A stretch of 64,000 nucleotides of DNA from the human T2T-CHM13v2.0 reference genome, Homo sapiens: NCBI RefSeq assembly GCF_009914755.1, contig NC_060934.1; one strand, 5' to 3'. A program made the translations under genes and the position numbers. Positions 15,001 to 31,954 of this stretch are shown piece by piece. Numbering within the stretch: the stretch's first letter is position 1; every line of letters starts with the position of its first letter. Below the pieces are notes generated by a model. The model did not search any database. It saw only the letters and a program-made list of their open reading frames with translations, and was not told where the DNA came from.

Positions 15001-16176
15001 CATTCTGGAACCCTCCCTGCCTAGTGTCCTTCCTCCTTTCATAGCTACTCCTATGAGTCTCCTAGGTGGGTCCCTTCCATTGATATTCCTCAAGGTTCCA
15101 CCCTAGGCTCTTCTTGAGGTGTTCTTACTTACATTTCACACTTTGGCTATCCATTGACTTAATTATTCCCAAATGTTTATCTCCAGCCCTCTCTCCTGAG
15201 CACCAGTCCTGGATATCTGTGGCAAGGGCATGTGTCCCTCAGCATTTATTCTCCATTTCTCCCTCTGAGTAACAGAACCCCCTGAATATTAGCCAGGCAC
15301 ATATGGCCACTCACAATGAGGACCTAATATTACCTAGCCACCCTTGAAGCTGGCTGTGGCTTATGGCCGAGCCAGTCAATGAATGTTAGTGGCAGTCATG
15401 TGTGCACCTTCCAAGCCTTGCATTTTTTTCTTTCTTTTTCTTTTCTTTTCTTTCTTTCTTTCTTTTTCTTTCTTTTTGAAATATCATTACTTTAGTGTTC
15501 CAGGCATTTTAAATATTCATACAATTTCCTTATTTCAGCAGTCATTTCCTCTCCAGTATAGATTTTGTGTCCAGGATCAGAGCCATGTACATCACTGAAT
15601 TTTCTCTACAGCACTCGCATGCTACATAGGACCCACTCCGGCACCCATGTCTTTGCTAGTAGAGCCTCTCACCACACCCGCAAGAGGGCTGGACCTTCCG
15701 TTGCTTGACATGGCCTCCACTGCGAATGAAAACACACTTTGTAGCTTCGATCCCGGTACATTTCCAGCACTCCCAGGTGTTCCATGTATGTGGCAATCAT
15801 CCTGCAGAGCTAGTGATACATCAGGTCAGCTGGTACCTATGCCAGCACCTGCTCCACTGTATCATACAGATGCTGAGGCACTTAAGTGTTCTGGGTAAAA
15901 TGGAGTTCATAATTGCCATAGGAGTTGAGTGTGGAGGAAGGGGACTTTCTCTCAATAATTAATACCCTTAATACAAATTTAGCAGATTTATAATTTCAGG
16001 TCTGTTTACATTTGTTGTCAAAGCTTCATAAACTATTTACATAAATGAAAGCATGTTCGAGTTTCTAAATGTCGCTATGACAAGCAAACAGAGAAACTGC
16101 TTAGACAACACTTGCTTCCGCCGTAAATACATATGGCAACACCTGGTCATTCTTAAAGAAATGCTTGTGTTTCCAA

Positions 16177-16710
<534 letters not shown>

Positions 16711-16888
16711 GTACTAAAGGCTCTTGCATCTTCCTACTGTCACTTGTCCTCACCAAAAGCCCTTGAGGTAGTCCCTGGGTCAGGCAATGATCTCTTTCAT
16801 GCAAGCCCTGCATTTCAACAGAAGGTTTGTGCCCTTCCCCTCATCCTTTTCCCTCCCCATTGGCTCCCAAAATACACCGGTGGTTTAG

Positions 16889-16983
16889 GGTTCCTCTGCT
16901 GTTCCTAGGGTGTTGCCCTCATCTCTACTATTTAACCCATTATAGACCAGAGATGAGAGAAACACCCTAGGAACAGCCGAGCA
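16889..16983 (-). ncRNA. MIR609: pre-miR-609 hairpin (mature AGGGUGUUUCUCUCAUCUCU at 16949-16968)
   Basis: Near-perfect ~30-bp inverted repeat GCTGTTCCTAGGGTGTT..CTCATCTCT / AGAGATGAG..AACACCCTAGGAACAGC; mature sequence as recalled for miR-609; sense to CFAP43 in intron 3. Confidence 0.9.
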
Positions 16984-18014
16984 GCATGACAGCGGGAGAC
17001 TGGACGCTGACCCCGAGGAGCCACCACACCATCCACAGCTGCTCGTGCCCAGACAACTGCATGTGACAGAAGGAAACACATGTTGGTGATTTGGGTTTCT
17101 GTGACCACAAATGAACCTAAGTCCTAACTGATATATCAGCTGCCAACTAGACATCTCCGTTTGTTCATCTCAAGCACTCTCAGTTCAGTTTGTCCCCCAG
17201 CTCATCTTCCCCCATTGCCTCCCCTAAATTCCCTGCCCCCAAGCCCTCAGTATCTCTCTGAATAGCATCAGAGTGTCCCTAAGTTGCCCAAGTCACACGC
17301 AACTCTGGATATAACCCTAGACCCATCCCTCTTCCTCAGCACGACACCCAATATTTAGTCAGTTACAAGTCTCATGATGCTACCTCCTAAACACCTCCCA
17401 AATAGTTTCACTTCCCTCCATCCCTACTCCCACCCTAGTCCATGACACAGTCATCTCTCACCTGGACCACCACAGCCTCCTAATTGATGTTCATGCCTTG
17501 TTTCCTTCCAATATACCTTCCACAGTACGAAAGTATTGGAGATACTTTCATTGGAAATAATTGGCTGAAAGGAATCTTCTTAAATGCAGATATAATTGTG
17601 TCACTTCCCTGCTTAAAACCCTTTAGTAGCTCCCCACTGCCTTTAGGATAAAGAATTTGTCCATTAGCCTAGCTTATATGGAGTGTGAGTATCCTTCCCA
17701 GTATGCCTAGGAGAAACCCAGTTTAGGCTAAAGTGCCCTGCATTCATCAGCAACACCCTCTTTCACTCTCAAAAGCATCCTGATTTGGATGATAAACCAC
17801 ATGGTCACCTACATATAGGGCTGCTCATAAGCTCACCTCTGACTGTCCCTCCAAGCTTGCCTCTCTCATGGCAAATCTCTTGTTCCCGTTATCATGACCT
17901 TTTCATTGAAACCTGCTGTGCTTTTTCTACTTCATGGCCTTTGCACATGCCATTCCTCTGCCTAGGATGTTCTTTCTTCCCGTCACAAGGCTGATTCCTG
18001 TTCATCCTTTAGGT

Positions 18015-18478
18015 ATTGCTATGGGTTGAACTGTGCCTCCCCCAAATTCCCGTGTTAATATCCTAACCCCCAGCACCTCAGAATGTGACCTTATTTGGAA
18101 ATATGATCTTTACAGAGGGTAATCAAGTTAAAATGAAGTCATTAGGATGGGCCCTAATCCAATAAGTCTGGTGTTCTTATATAAAGGGAACATTTGGAGA
18201 CAGACACACACAGGGAGAATGCCATGTGAAAATAAAAGCAGAGATCTGGGTGATGTGTCTGTAAGCCAAGGACTGCCAGCAAACAAGTGAGCAGAAGTTG
18301 GTGAGAGGCGCGGGGGCAGATTCTCTCTCACAGCCCTCAGTAGGAACCAACCTTGCTGAGACCTTGATCTCAGAATTCTAGTCTCCAGAACTGGGAGGCA
18401 ATATACGCATGCTGTTTAAGCCACCCAGTCTGTGGTACTTTGCTATGGCAGGCCTAGCTAATTAATAGAAGTATCTGT
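18015..18478 (+). mobile_element. MLT1B/C-type MaLR LTR
   Basis: tgctatgggttgaactgtg...ccccagcacctcagaatgtgacc...tgtttaagccacccagtctgtggtactttg. Confidence 0.75.
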
Positions 18479-19046
18479 TTAAACATTACCTCTCCTTCCA
18501 GGAAGCCTTCCCTGACCATTCCCCTCCACCAACAGACTATGTGAGATGCCCCTACTACAGGTTCCCATTGTGCCTTAGATCAATGAAAGCTATAAAAGAG
18601 CTTAGAAACCAAATGAGTTTAAAGCCCACTCAGCAACTCACCAACTATATAAGTTTAGGCAAGTAGCTATAAGAACAAAAAAAAAATGAAACTTGGAAAA
18701 AAGAAAAATTGTGTTGGCTTGATTTCTCATATCATGCTGGGAAGCATTTTCCAGCAAGCCTCCTCGAACAAAAACCAGACTTTGTACCTTGCTTTGCCCC
18801 ATATCTGACACTCCTGGGGAATGTAACTTTGTTGTCATAATACATACTAACAGCCTCGATGTGATAAAGGCAGGCATGCTTTTACAGGTTAAACTCTAGA
18901 ACATGTTCAATGCTATGATTGTATGCCCTGGTAGAACAGTTAAGTTTAAGGTCCTAAGGTTTTAGAGACCTCTGGAAAGATAATCATTCACATATCTAAC
19001 CTAGAAATTTTATGTAACCACTACTTTTTCTAACTCTATATGAGTG

Positions 19047-19751
<705 letters not shown>

Positions 19752-21019
19752 GGGACCAGCTTCTTTTGTTTTCCTGCTGGTTCCATTATTAAGGAGTTAT
19801 ATGAAACCATCTTACATCTTATAATCTGTTTGAAAATTCTCCTTTAACATCCCATCTCTCTGAAGTTTCAGTCTCTTTCTTTAAAATGAGGACCATCATA
19901 GATGTCTCATGGGGGTTGCTGCAGGGGGGAGGCAGGGATTAAATGCACTAACCCATTGGAAATCTCAGTGAATGCCTCTCTGATGAAACTGCTGGTGGTG
20001 GTATTGCTGGTGTATAGCACATTGTCTTTGCTTATGAACCCCAGATGTCCCAGACCCCACCAGCCTGGGACTATAACCATGAGACCATTCCCCACCTACT
20101 TTAGATTCTTTTTCAGAATTGTTATTTTTAATTACACAAATAATATATGAATCCATTCTGCTCTTTTAAAACATTAGAACATAAAGGTAAAGTCTTCTTA
20201 GATCAATTTACTTCCAGGAGTCAAATCATGGTACTTGGGCTCCTCCTGGTCTGACTTCCAGAAGTTTCACCTCTTTTGAACTTTTACTAAATTATTTCTG
20301 GGAGTCCCCAGGGTCCACGGACTAACTGCTGTCACCAAGTGAGTTGCATCCTCCTCCCTGTTCATCTTCTAGCTCCCTCGTGTTTAGGCCCACTGCTGGC
20401 AAAGCTACTTGGTGAAGAGGACTATTGGGCCTCATCACAGGATTAAATCCCACTCACATTTCTATGCAGCACCCGAGGGTGCCATCGGGGTTGCTCCCAA
20501 AGCTTCTCATCTTGGGTTTCCACAGCAGAGGCTGGAAGAGTGTCTGTCTCCCAGCTCTGTTCATACTCATTCTTGGGCCCCAGGGCACCTCTGCTGCCGC
20601 AGAGCCTCACTGAGAATCTCCTCATGAGAGAGCAGTGTCTGGTCCTCTGCACAGCATCTACCCTGTCCTCCCCTGCCCTCCTCACTCCTGCCCCCTTGTC
20701 TCTCCCCTCTGACTCAAATTTCCTAAATAGAAGTGCGCATGAATATTAAGACATGCAAACAAATCTAGGGGAAGGGTTGGGACCGGGAGGAGATACTACC
20801 TACCCATAGTCTCAGTCTCACCTCAGCTTATCAAAAATGCCCTCTACAGAAGGCTCAGATATACCTAAAATGTACCTGAGATACATTTTATATCCAGCAG
20901 GAAGCAGGAGATACAAATGTATTGAATGAATTAAATCCAGTGAGCAAACTCAAATCCTTATAGGGGCCAGGAAGTTAATGTAAATGAATGAAATGTACTG
21001 AGTATAAACACCTCTAGGA

Positions 21020-21232
21020 TAGGGGTTGGCAAGCTCTTTCTATAAAGGACCAGACAGTTAATCTTTTTAGCTTTGCAGACCATATATGGGCTCTATTACA
21101 ACTCAAGTCTGCCATCATAGAGCAAAACCAGCCATAGATAATATATAAGCAAATAAACATGTTCCAACAAAACTTTACAAAAACAGGTGGTGGGCCAGAT
21201 TTGGCCTATGGGCCATCGTTTACCAACCCCTG
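21020..21232 (+). mobile_element. MER58A-like hAT element
   Basis: taggggttggcaa...ttaccaacccctg TIRs. Confidence 0.7.
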
Positions 21233-22138
21233 CTCAAGGTGGTGGGCATGTAGAATGAGCACCCACTTACTAGCCCAACCAGACTGTGACCATGTGGGAA
21301 TACAGGTCCAGGGTTGCCTGTGTTTGAGAAAGGTTATACAGATAACTTTTTCTCTAAATTTTTCCAATTTTAAAAATATTTTATGGCCAAAAAAAAATAC
21401 ACTGGTGGCCCAGAATTAGCCTAACAATCATCATTTTTGAAACTCTGACTTAAATAAACATAATGTAATAGACACTATTAGGTATGATGCATACTTTTAG
21501 TCAATGAATTATTAGAAAAACCATATTTAGGAGACATTGATGTACCCATTTTACAGAGGAAGAAACTAAGGCTCAGCCTTTCTAAGATCACACAGCTAGT
21601 AATTTGTGGAGCCAGGATTCAGGTCTAAGTCTGTTACACTAACACATTTGTGCTCATTCCACTTCACTGCTTTTTTAATATTTACAGATTGTTCTTAGTA
21701 AGGACAATTGGAGCCTTCTGCTTTTGGAACTATCAGAATTTATGCACTTGTCATCTCTCCCCAGCTGCTTCCTATCCTGTGTATCCAGAGCTGTGAGATA
21801 ATACATTTCTGTTATTCGAGACACTCAGTTTGTGATACTTTGTTACAGAAGCCCTAGCAAGCTAATACAGTACATCCATCAACAGGTGAATAAAGTATGG
21901 TATATCCATACCATGGAATAGAAAGGAATGACTACTGACACATATATGCAGCAACATAAGATAATTTCAAAATAATTATGTTGCATGAAAGAAGCCCGAC
22001 AAAAGAATATACACTGTGTCACTCCCTGTATATGAACTACCAGAAAATGCAAACTAGAGTGACAGAAACTACATTACTGACAAAGGCTAATGAAGAAGCT
22101 CTGAAGGAACACAAGGAAACTTTTGGGGTGATGGATGA

Positions 22139-22436
<298 letters not shown>

Positions 22437-22547
22437 GATGGATGTATTTATTATCTTGATTACGGTGATGGGTTTATACATAAATCAAAACTTATCAAAG
22501 TATTTACCTTATATATGAACAGTTCATTATCTGTTAGTTATACCTCA

Positions 22548-22908
<361 letters not shown>

Positions 22909-23553
22909 TTACATTTTTGTATAAGAAATGTTAGTATGTTATCCTTTAATCATTTCTGGAATATTTTGTACTTCCCCTTAATAAGAAAAATATCCTCTTG
23001 AAGGGGCTTATATCATGGATAGAAAAGGGAGTATAGCCTTAAAGTTGGCCACGTGAAATGATCCAGGAAAGACTAGAAATGTGTCTTAACCACAGGATTT
23101 CCCATACAGTGGGCAAAAGTGGTATAATGTTCCACTCTCTGAACATATAATTGTTCTAATGTCTCTAACAACAATTACTTTAAACTGAACTCTAATATAG
23201 AGACCATCTCAATTTCAATATTAGCAGGAAACATACGAACAACTCCAAGATGCCATTTGTTTTTTTTAAGTGAAACTTTATGTATTTATAAATATATTCT
23301 CTATCTGAGAATACATAAAGCATGTTAATGAAAGAGAATGACAATAACTAATTTAGTTCTTATATAGTTTTTGCTCTGACTGCCAAATTTTATGCCTAAA
23401 CATAGCAACTGTATTAAAACTTGTGATTGGCATTTTTTCCTTCTATATTTCCTTGTTTCAGATTTTTCATGTCTATTTCCTTCGATAAAATCCAGAAGAG
23501 TAAGAGGAAAATGTAACCCAGTAAAAGGAATTCCACAGGATGCTGAAACTTAC

Positions 23554-23650
23554 CAAAGGGCCAGTTCAAATTCTGGGAGAGAGGAGTAACTAGCCAGGTA
23601 GGTGCCACAGTAACTGAATGAAAGTAAAGTGTAGTCCAGGAGAATGTTGC
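23554..23650 (-). CDS. CFAP43: CFAP43 exon 3 ([33 protein letters not shown])
   Basis: ttttag|GC ... TG|GTAAGT; 97 nt; WD40-like sequence; frame continuous. Confidence 0.95.
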
Positions 23651-24829
23651 CTAAAATATAAAATCCATTATCAGGATTTGATTATGTTAAGACCATGTTC
23701 AGTTAACTATGGTCTTACAGTTTATTTTCCTTTGCTAATGATTTCCACGTAATTCAAAAGCATTTAACTATTAGAATAAGAAAGATCCTGGCTAATTTCT
23801 AAGACCATGAACAGAAAGCTTAGAGCAAAGCTAAGATCCATTTGTAAAATATATTAAAGTGAATTAAGACCATTAGGTTACTGTCTCTAGACTTCAATGC
23901 AGAACTGAGCATACCGCACCATGTATGTCCCAGCATGGTCTGAAATGACCCAAGAATAATCTCATAAATATATGAGACATTGTAATTAGAATAGTTATTC
24001 AGACATCTTTAAATATCTTGGGAAGTTGTAATAATTCTAGCTTACTTCCTTATTTCTATTATCTTAGGCCATATCTGGCCCTTAGCTTAATATCTGCCAG
24101 CTTTTGGAACAGCTATAAAAAGTGACATACTCCTTTGTACCTATAGTTGACAAAAAGCAACATGAATTCCAAAGTCTTAGCAACAACATGTTTTAAAATG
24201 CGTATCATGGGGAGGCCAAAACAAGAAGCGCCTGTCTCTGCTTCCCAGTACAGAGTGGTCTGATTTTCCCTCTTCTTCATCTGCTGTTCTTCAGTGGGGT
24301 TCCACAGGTGCAAGCTTTGCCCTCATCTCAGTCTGTCTTTGTATGTTTGTGTCTCTATTGCTTGTTCTGTGGATTTTTAATAGCTGTTTTCTGCTTTTTT
24401 TCTCATTCTCATTTTAATTGACCATAATATAATCCTAAAATTTTGCTTTTGTCATTTATTGAATATATTTAGCATAGTCTAATCAACAAAGAAAAAATGT
24501 ATTTATTGAGCATTCACTACAAAAACTAGTTTTTCTGTAGGCAGAGATCTTAATGATTTTTAAATGCTTGCTAAACAGACGTTTCCCCCCACAATTGAAG
24601 ATGACCAACTTTAGATATTCTTTAAATCTTAGAAAATATGGTATTTGAAGAAAATGCCAAAAAAAAAGAGAGAAAAATATACCCTCTATAATCCTACTAC
24701 CAAACTTGGTAAATTTCTTTCTAGTCTTTTCTTCTGTGTTTACTTGAAAAAATACATACATATATATTTTCTTTAAATATAACTTTGCTTTTTATAGCTA
24801 TACTAGCCATAGATTAAATATTATATATG

Positions 24830-25142
<313 letters not shown>

Positions 25143-25860
25143 TTAAATGGAATTGGATCATAGTGTTGCCTCCTATTGGTTTTTTATTTACGTTATATTG
25201 ACCATTTTATCATTATCTTAACACTTCTTTAAAAGTGTGATTTTTAATGTTTGCATAATACCCCTTTATAGTATATTTTATTTAACTATATCCATAATAC
25301 TGGAGATGTAGGTTGCTCCAACCTTGTGCTATTATCATAGTGCTTTTTAAGCTCATTTGCATGTAAATCTTTGACCATATTTCTAACCATTTCCTAAAAA
25401 TTGAATTCGTCTTGAAGTGAGTATACTGGGTCAAATAGAGTCAATATTTATTTCACAGAAAGACTCTATCAATTTATAGTCCCACCTTCAGCAAATAAGA
25501 GTGCTACCAATTTCACTGCATTCTACCTAGCAATTATGATCATAAAAAAGTTGTGACCTTGATAGGCAGAAAAATAGCATCTTGGTTTAAATCACACTTT
25601 TTAAAACAAATCTTGAGATGAAACATTTTTTGATGTCTTTGGTTATTTGGAGTTTAGTGATTTGTCTGGGTTAATTTCTTTTCCATTGTTCTAAGAGGCT
25701 GTTTGTTTTGTTCTTGTTTCATTAATGCTCTGAAAATATTTGATCATATTTGTTCCAAATATTTTACCTGGTTTATTATTTCCCTTTTAATTTTTCATGG
25801 TGTTTTTGATGTTAATCAGTTTAAAACAGATATACAATCAAATATGTCTGTCTTTTCTAA

Positions 25861-26233
<373 letters not shown>

Positions 26234-27427
26234 ATATTTTCTACTATTTTCAAGTGGATTTGTTATTTATATTTAATGCTTTTTTTCATCTGATATAGAC
26301 CATGAGTATCTAACTTGATACTTTTGTTAAAATATGCAGTTTTCTTAACCACTGTTGAATAATCTATATTTTTTCTTCTTTCTTCCTCCTCCTCCTTCTC
26401 TTCCTCCTTCTTTTTGGTGGTAGCCTCTTTCTTCATTTACTCAGCTTTTATATACTTTAGATTCTGTCCCAAGTCTTCAACTCTCCCACTGATTTGGTGA
26501 TCCCTGCACCAGTGCCATACTTCTAATTACTATGGCACCATAATATTAAAATGACCCTCTGCCTTGCCATCATTCTCTTTCAAATTATTCTCATTCTCTA
26601 TGTTTTATTTTCCCAGATGAATTTTGGAATCATTTGAGTACTCCTTGCTGTCTAAAACATAGGATAAACCTACAAATTACTTTCTATGACAAATCTCAGA
26701 AATATATTTATAATAACCAGGCTTTCCATCCAGGAATATATTTCTATATATTTAAATATTTTAAATCAATGATTTTTGTAGTTTTCTTCCCCTAGGTCAC
26801 TCACACTTTTTTTTGAATTATTTCTAAGTATGTATATGTTCTAATTGTATGGGTACTTATTTCAAAACCAGCATCTTACTGAGCATTCTTTTGTTAGTCC
26901 TAGCAGACTATCGCATTATCCATCATCCCCTTTCCCATAGCTATATTTTTTTCAGTTTTATATTTTGTTGCATTGGCTAGAACTTCCAGGTTGATATTAA
27001 ATAATAGTGATAACAGGTCTCTCTGATTAATATTACTGATTAGTATTACTGGGAATTCCTTTAGGGCATCATTATTCAGTAAGACTCCTGGGTATTGGTT
27101 TGAACTAACTTTCAATTGGTTCAAACAGAACTACAGCCAAATAACCAACCTGGGGAAATTTTAAAGATAAAGGGTATAGTCCACCTAGATAGTCCCCAAC
27201 ATGTGAATGGGTTATGTTTTGAAAATTGTCTTAAACTGTTGAGAATGCAAATTTCACCACAAACAAAGTATTATAAATTATAGTGAAGTTCCCTGACTTC
27301 ATCCAAACACTTATTTGACCCTTAAGACTACAGAGCTAAGTCCAGCCTCAAGCATGAGCTTTCTGCCCATGGGGTGTTAAATGAAGGAATCATTAGCTGG
27401 TGGCTCCAGCAGACGTGCAGCAGCTCA

Positions 27428-27773
<346 letters not shown>

Positions 27774-28032
27774 AACACTAATAATTCAAATGGTAGGCAA
27801 CATTGAGCACTTGGCATACATACACATACAGCATATTATATAATTTCATCTATCATCATCACCGCAGCCTTCACATTAGACACCATCTTTATCCCTATTT
27901 CATGAATGAGGAAATTGAGGCTCAGAGACTTGACTTTAGAAGCTATACAAACATCAATTCACCTGGATTTTCAACAAATATTAGGAAAGAAAAAAAAATC
28001 ATTGCTCTGAAAAAGGCAATAGTCTTCTAGCC

Positions 28033-28199
28033 CAGTGCTTCTCAAAGTTTAATGTGCATATGAATCACCTGGGAATTTTGTTAAAATGCAGATTCTGATT
28101 GAGTAGCTCTGATGTGGGAGCCAAGTTTCTGCATTTATAACAAGCTTCCCAGGTAGCACCAATGTTGCTGGTAAACAGACCACACTTTGAACAGCAAGG
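28033..28199 (+). mobile_element. MER5A1-like hAT-Charlie element, full length (copy A)
   Basis: cagtgcttctcaaa...cacactttgaacagcaagg; 8-bp TSD-like flanks ttctagcc/ctctagct. Confidence 0.85.
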
Positions 28200-28276
28200 C
28201 TCTAGCTAACATAATTTAAATCCTCAGTGATCAGCTTGATTCCTTCTTTAAAAATGTATATTAAAAAAAAAAATGG

Positions 28277-28609
<333 letters not shown>

Positions 28610-28681
28610 TTATAATAGATTTAGTCAACTCTTTAAACAAAATCCTTCAATTATGGGCAGAGGAAGGGTTCTCTAGAATAC

Positions 28682-28935
28682 CTTTCAATTTGGTCCTTCT
28701 GGTCAATCCTGGAAAGCTGTATACGTAGATGAGAGGTTTTAGCTTCCGGTCAGAAAAAGCCACAACTTCACAGGGGATGTTAGTTGCCATGACGCCCACA
28801 ATTCCATTACTACACTGCAGTACAGTCTTTTTCTTGGTTTCAATATTAATAAATATTACATAATTCCCACAAGGGTAGCAAATGGTGTTGTCGTTGACAA
28901 AATGAACATTCTGCTTAGGGAATCCTTGCACCCAT
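28682..28935 (-). CDS. CFAP43: CFAP43 exon 2 ([12 protein letters not shown]...RRTKLK)
   Basis: Acceptor cccaaag|A, donor G|GTATT; 254 nt; in frame with exon 1; overlaps ORF 28647..28931. Confidence 0.95.
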
Positions 28936-30159
28936 CTTTGGGAAAAGATATGTCAACATCAATATAATACATTTCAAATAATTTTTTTTTTTTAACAAAG
29001 CAAAGGGTCATCAAAATCTTTGAAACATTTCTATTTTCATGTCCTTTCTGCCCCCAATTTCTAAGATAAAAGAACACACATGCTGGCTGTGAGATCCATT
29101 TGAGTCAATGAATTATAGAAATTTAAATGTAGACCTAAAGTTCCGTAGGTCTCCCAGGCCTTCTTCAGATAACTTTTTCAGCAAAGGAAACTCTCTGACC
29201 AAACCTGAGAAAGTCTCAGAAGGACTTCTGGGGTCTTCTATACTTGGAAGACAAAAAGTGAAAATAACAGAGAAAAGAGCTTGATCTCAACACAGTGGCA
29301 TCCTGGGCCATTCTTTTATAATTAGTTTGATTTTTTAAAATAAACTTTAAAAAACAACTTTGCATAGGACAGCCTGCTTTGTGGTTGTTAGCAGAGTAGG
29401 AAAATTGCTTATTTACACAGATGAAGAGTATGTGGCCATATTTTAGATTTAAAAATACAGATAAACGTAGAAAATAAAAGGAATGAAGTCGACGTGAATG
29501 AAAGGCTAGCACACAAAAAGAACATACTCTCAAGTAAGGAGTGCGTGCTAGGTGTATGCTAGAAAGGAGAGGAGATGAAGGAGATTCTATTTTTATTTAA
29601 ATATTAAAGGTATGCTTGAAGATGGTGGAAAAGGCAAGTGAAGGACACTGGTTTGGTGAGAAACCTCGAGACATTAGAGTGTCCAGGACTAGCAGGGGAT
29701 GCTGTATAGAGTGGAGGTGGGTGCTGGGAGGAACACTCTAGAATGTAGGGGAAAAAATGCCACCTATATCTGCGCAGTGCTTGATGCTTTTCAAAGGCTA
29801 CTATAAATGCAAATAAATCCAAAGCTAGTGGATAGGAGTTAGAAGGAAAGGATTCAGGGACCTAACTTTGGGGAAAATCACCAAAGGTAGCAAGGACGGG
29901 ATCCGGGCTGTCGCCAGGTGGAGGGGGAGGGGGATGTGATCAGAAGACCCGGATCACTAGCGGGAATCCTGAGCTAGAAGGAAGAGATGAAGGGTGCAGG
30001 GGACGTTGCTGGGTAAGAGACGGAGGGTCAGGGTCGCAGAATAAGGAGTGGGAAAGACAACTGGGGACGGGGTCAAGGAACAAGGGGATGGGGAGCGGAC
30101 AGGGGAGGTCACACGGGGAGGGAGGCTGAGGGAAGGCACTGGGGGCAGAGGGGAAGAGG

Positions 30160-30590
30160 TCGAAGCTGCGGGGAAAGCCGCCCTAAGGAACCGGAGGGAG
30201 AGGAGGGAGGAGGGGACGTGGGGCAGGAGGTTCCGCGAGACCCAGATCGGTCGCGGGGCCGTGAACACCGCACCTCACGGACAAGGACGCGCCGCCGGCG
30301 GAGTGGGGGCCTTCGTCGCGCTCCCGGCCTTGCGCCATGGGCAGTGTTTTCCTCAGGCGGGAGCAGGCAGCGCACGCAGCACCCCAGGGCGGGTCGGTTA
30401 CCTTTCCGCCGCCGCGGGGCTGCGGGCCGCGACGCCGCTGCTGTGTACACCCGTATCCCGGAGACCGTAAGCCCCGCACCCATTGGCTCTGCGCTTTGGC
30501 CCGCTCCCTTCTGAGCCGAGCAGATTGGTGGAAGGTCTGCCGCTCTCGGCCAATGGGTGAGCGGCAAGCCAAGCGAGGGGCGGGCCCCTT
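30160..30590 (-). promoter_or_regulatory. CFAP43 CpG-island promoter: three CCAAT/ATTGG boxes (~30482, ~30524, ~30550), GC box (~30577-30584), X-box-like GTATCC-C-GGAGAC (30453-30465)
   Basis: High CpG/GC content around exon 1; motifs read directly; RFX X-boxes are typical of ciliary gene promoters. Confidence 0.75.
30274..30338 (-). CDS. CFAP43: CFAP43 coding exon 1 (MAQGRERDEGPHSAGGASLSV-R)
   Basis: ATG at 30338 in a CpG island; donor AG|GTGCGG; 65 nt; N-terminus matches CFAP43/WDR96. Confidence 0.95.
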
Positions 30591-30720
30591 GCTGTTCAAA
30601 GTGTGGTCTGTTTACCAGCAACATTGGTGCTACCTGGGAAGCTTGTTATAAATGCAGAAACTTGGCTCCCACACCAGATCTACTCAATCAGAATCTGCAT
30701 TTTAACAAATTTCCCCAGGT
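30587..30720 (-). mobile_element. MER5A1-like element (copy B), inverted and ~97% identical to copy A, truncated at an Alu
   Basis: Reverse complement aligns to 28067-28199 with 3 substitutions and 1 indel. Confidence 0.9.
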
Positions 30721-31040
30721 CCGGGCCAATAATTGCAAGTAAGACTCATGCCTACAATCTCCGCGCTTTCGAAGGTCAGAGCGGGAGGATCGCTTGAGGC
30801 TAGGAGTTGAAGACCAGCCTGGAAGACATAGCGAAACCTGCCGCGCCCGTGCCGCATCTCTACAAAAAAATTTAAAAAGCAGCCGGGCATGGTGGTGCAC
30901 GCCTGTAGTCCCAGCTACTTGGGAGACTGAAGTGGGAGGATCGCTTGAGCCCAGGAGTTCAAGGCTGCGGTGAGCTGGGATGACGCCACAGCACTCCAGC
31001 CTGGGCGACAGAGCGAGACCTGTCTCTAAATAAATAATTA
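30719..31040 (+). mobile_element. AluJ-like, CpG-rich, abutting MER5 copy B
   Basis: gggaggatcgcttgag in both arms (J diagnostic); disrupted 5' end. Confidence 0.85.
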
Positions 31041-31207
31041 TTTTTAAAAATTAATAAATTTCTAAACAGACTTTCATTTAGAGTGCTGACTGTGCCAAAC
31101 ATTGTTGCAACGTCTTCACATCTCCCATCAGCCCCATTTTACAGATAAGTAACGTGAGGAAAAGAGAAGCACATAATTTGTCCATGGCTACAAAGTTGAG
31201 TGGGACT

Positions 31208-31523
<316 letters not shown>

Positions 31524-31954
31524 CTGAGTGGGACTTAAACGCAGGTCTAGCTAATTTAGAGCTCCAAGCCCTTAAGTACCATATAACACTTTGAAATGTA
31601 CCCTCTTGCTTCCTCAGGGAAGCAGACAGCTCTGCAAGTAACCTGATTGAATGGTCGGCAGCTTGTCATTCCTTCTTCTCTCCCATACCTTCCCTTAGAC
31701 TCCCTCCCTTACCCTTCTTCCTTTCCCTTCAGTCGTCTTCCCTTCTCTACCCTTCCCTTCCTTTCTTTAGGTCTTTCCTTCCTGTCTTGCTTTCTTCTCT
31801 CCATTTCTTTCACAAATATTTACAGAGCATCCCGCATGCATTCATGCATGTGCTAGTCACTTGAAAAAAATAGAAAAACAAATAAAGTTTCTTCCTTCTT
31901 GGAACTTAGAGACTGGTGGGATCCAGGGAGTTGGGCTAGATATCCACATGGTCT

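Noticed and set aside
30183-30599. ORF extending in frame upstream of the CFAP43 ATG
   Set aside because: It starts at a non-ATG codon in MER5, upstream of the probable TSS, and runs through GC-rich CpG-island sequence. No evidence of an N-terminal extension.
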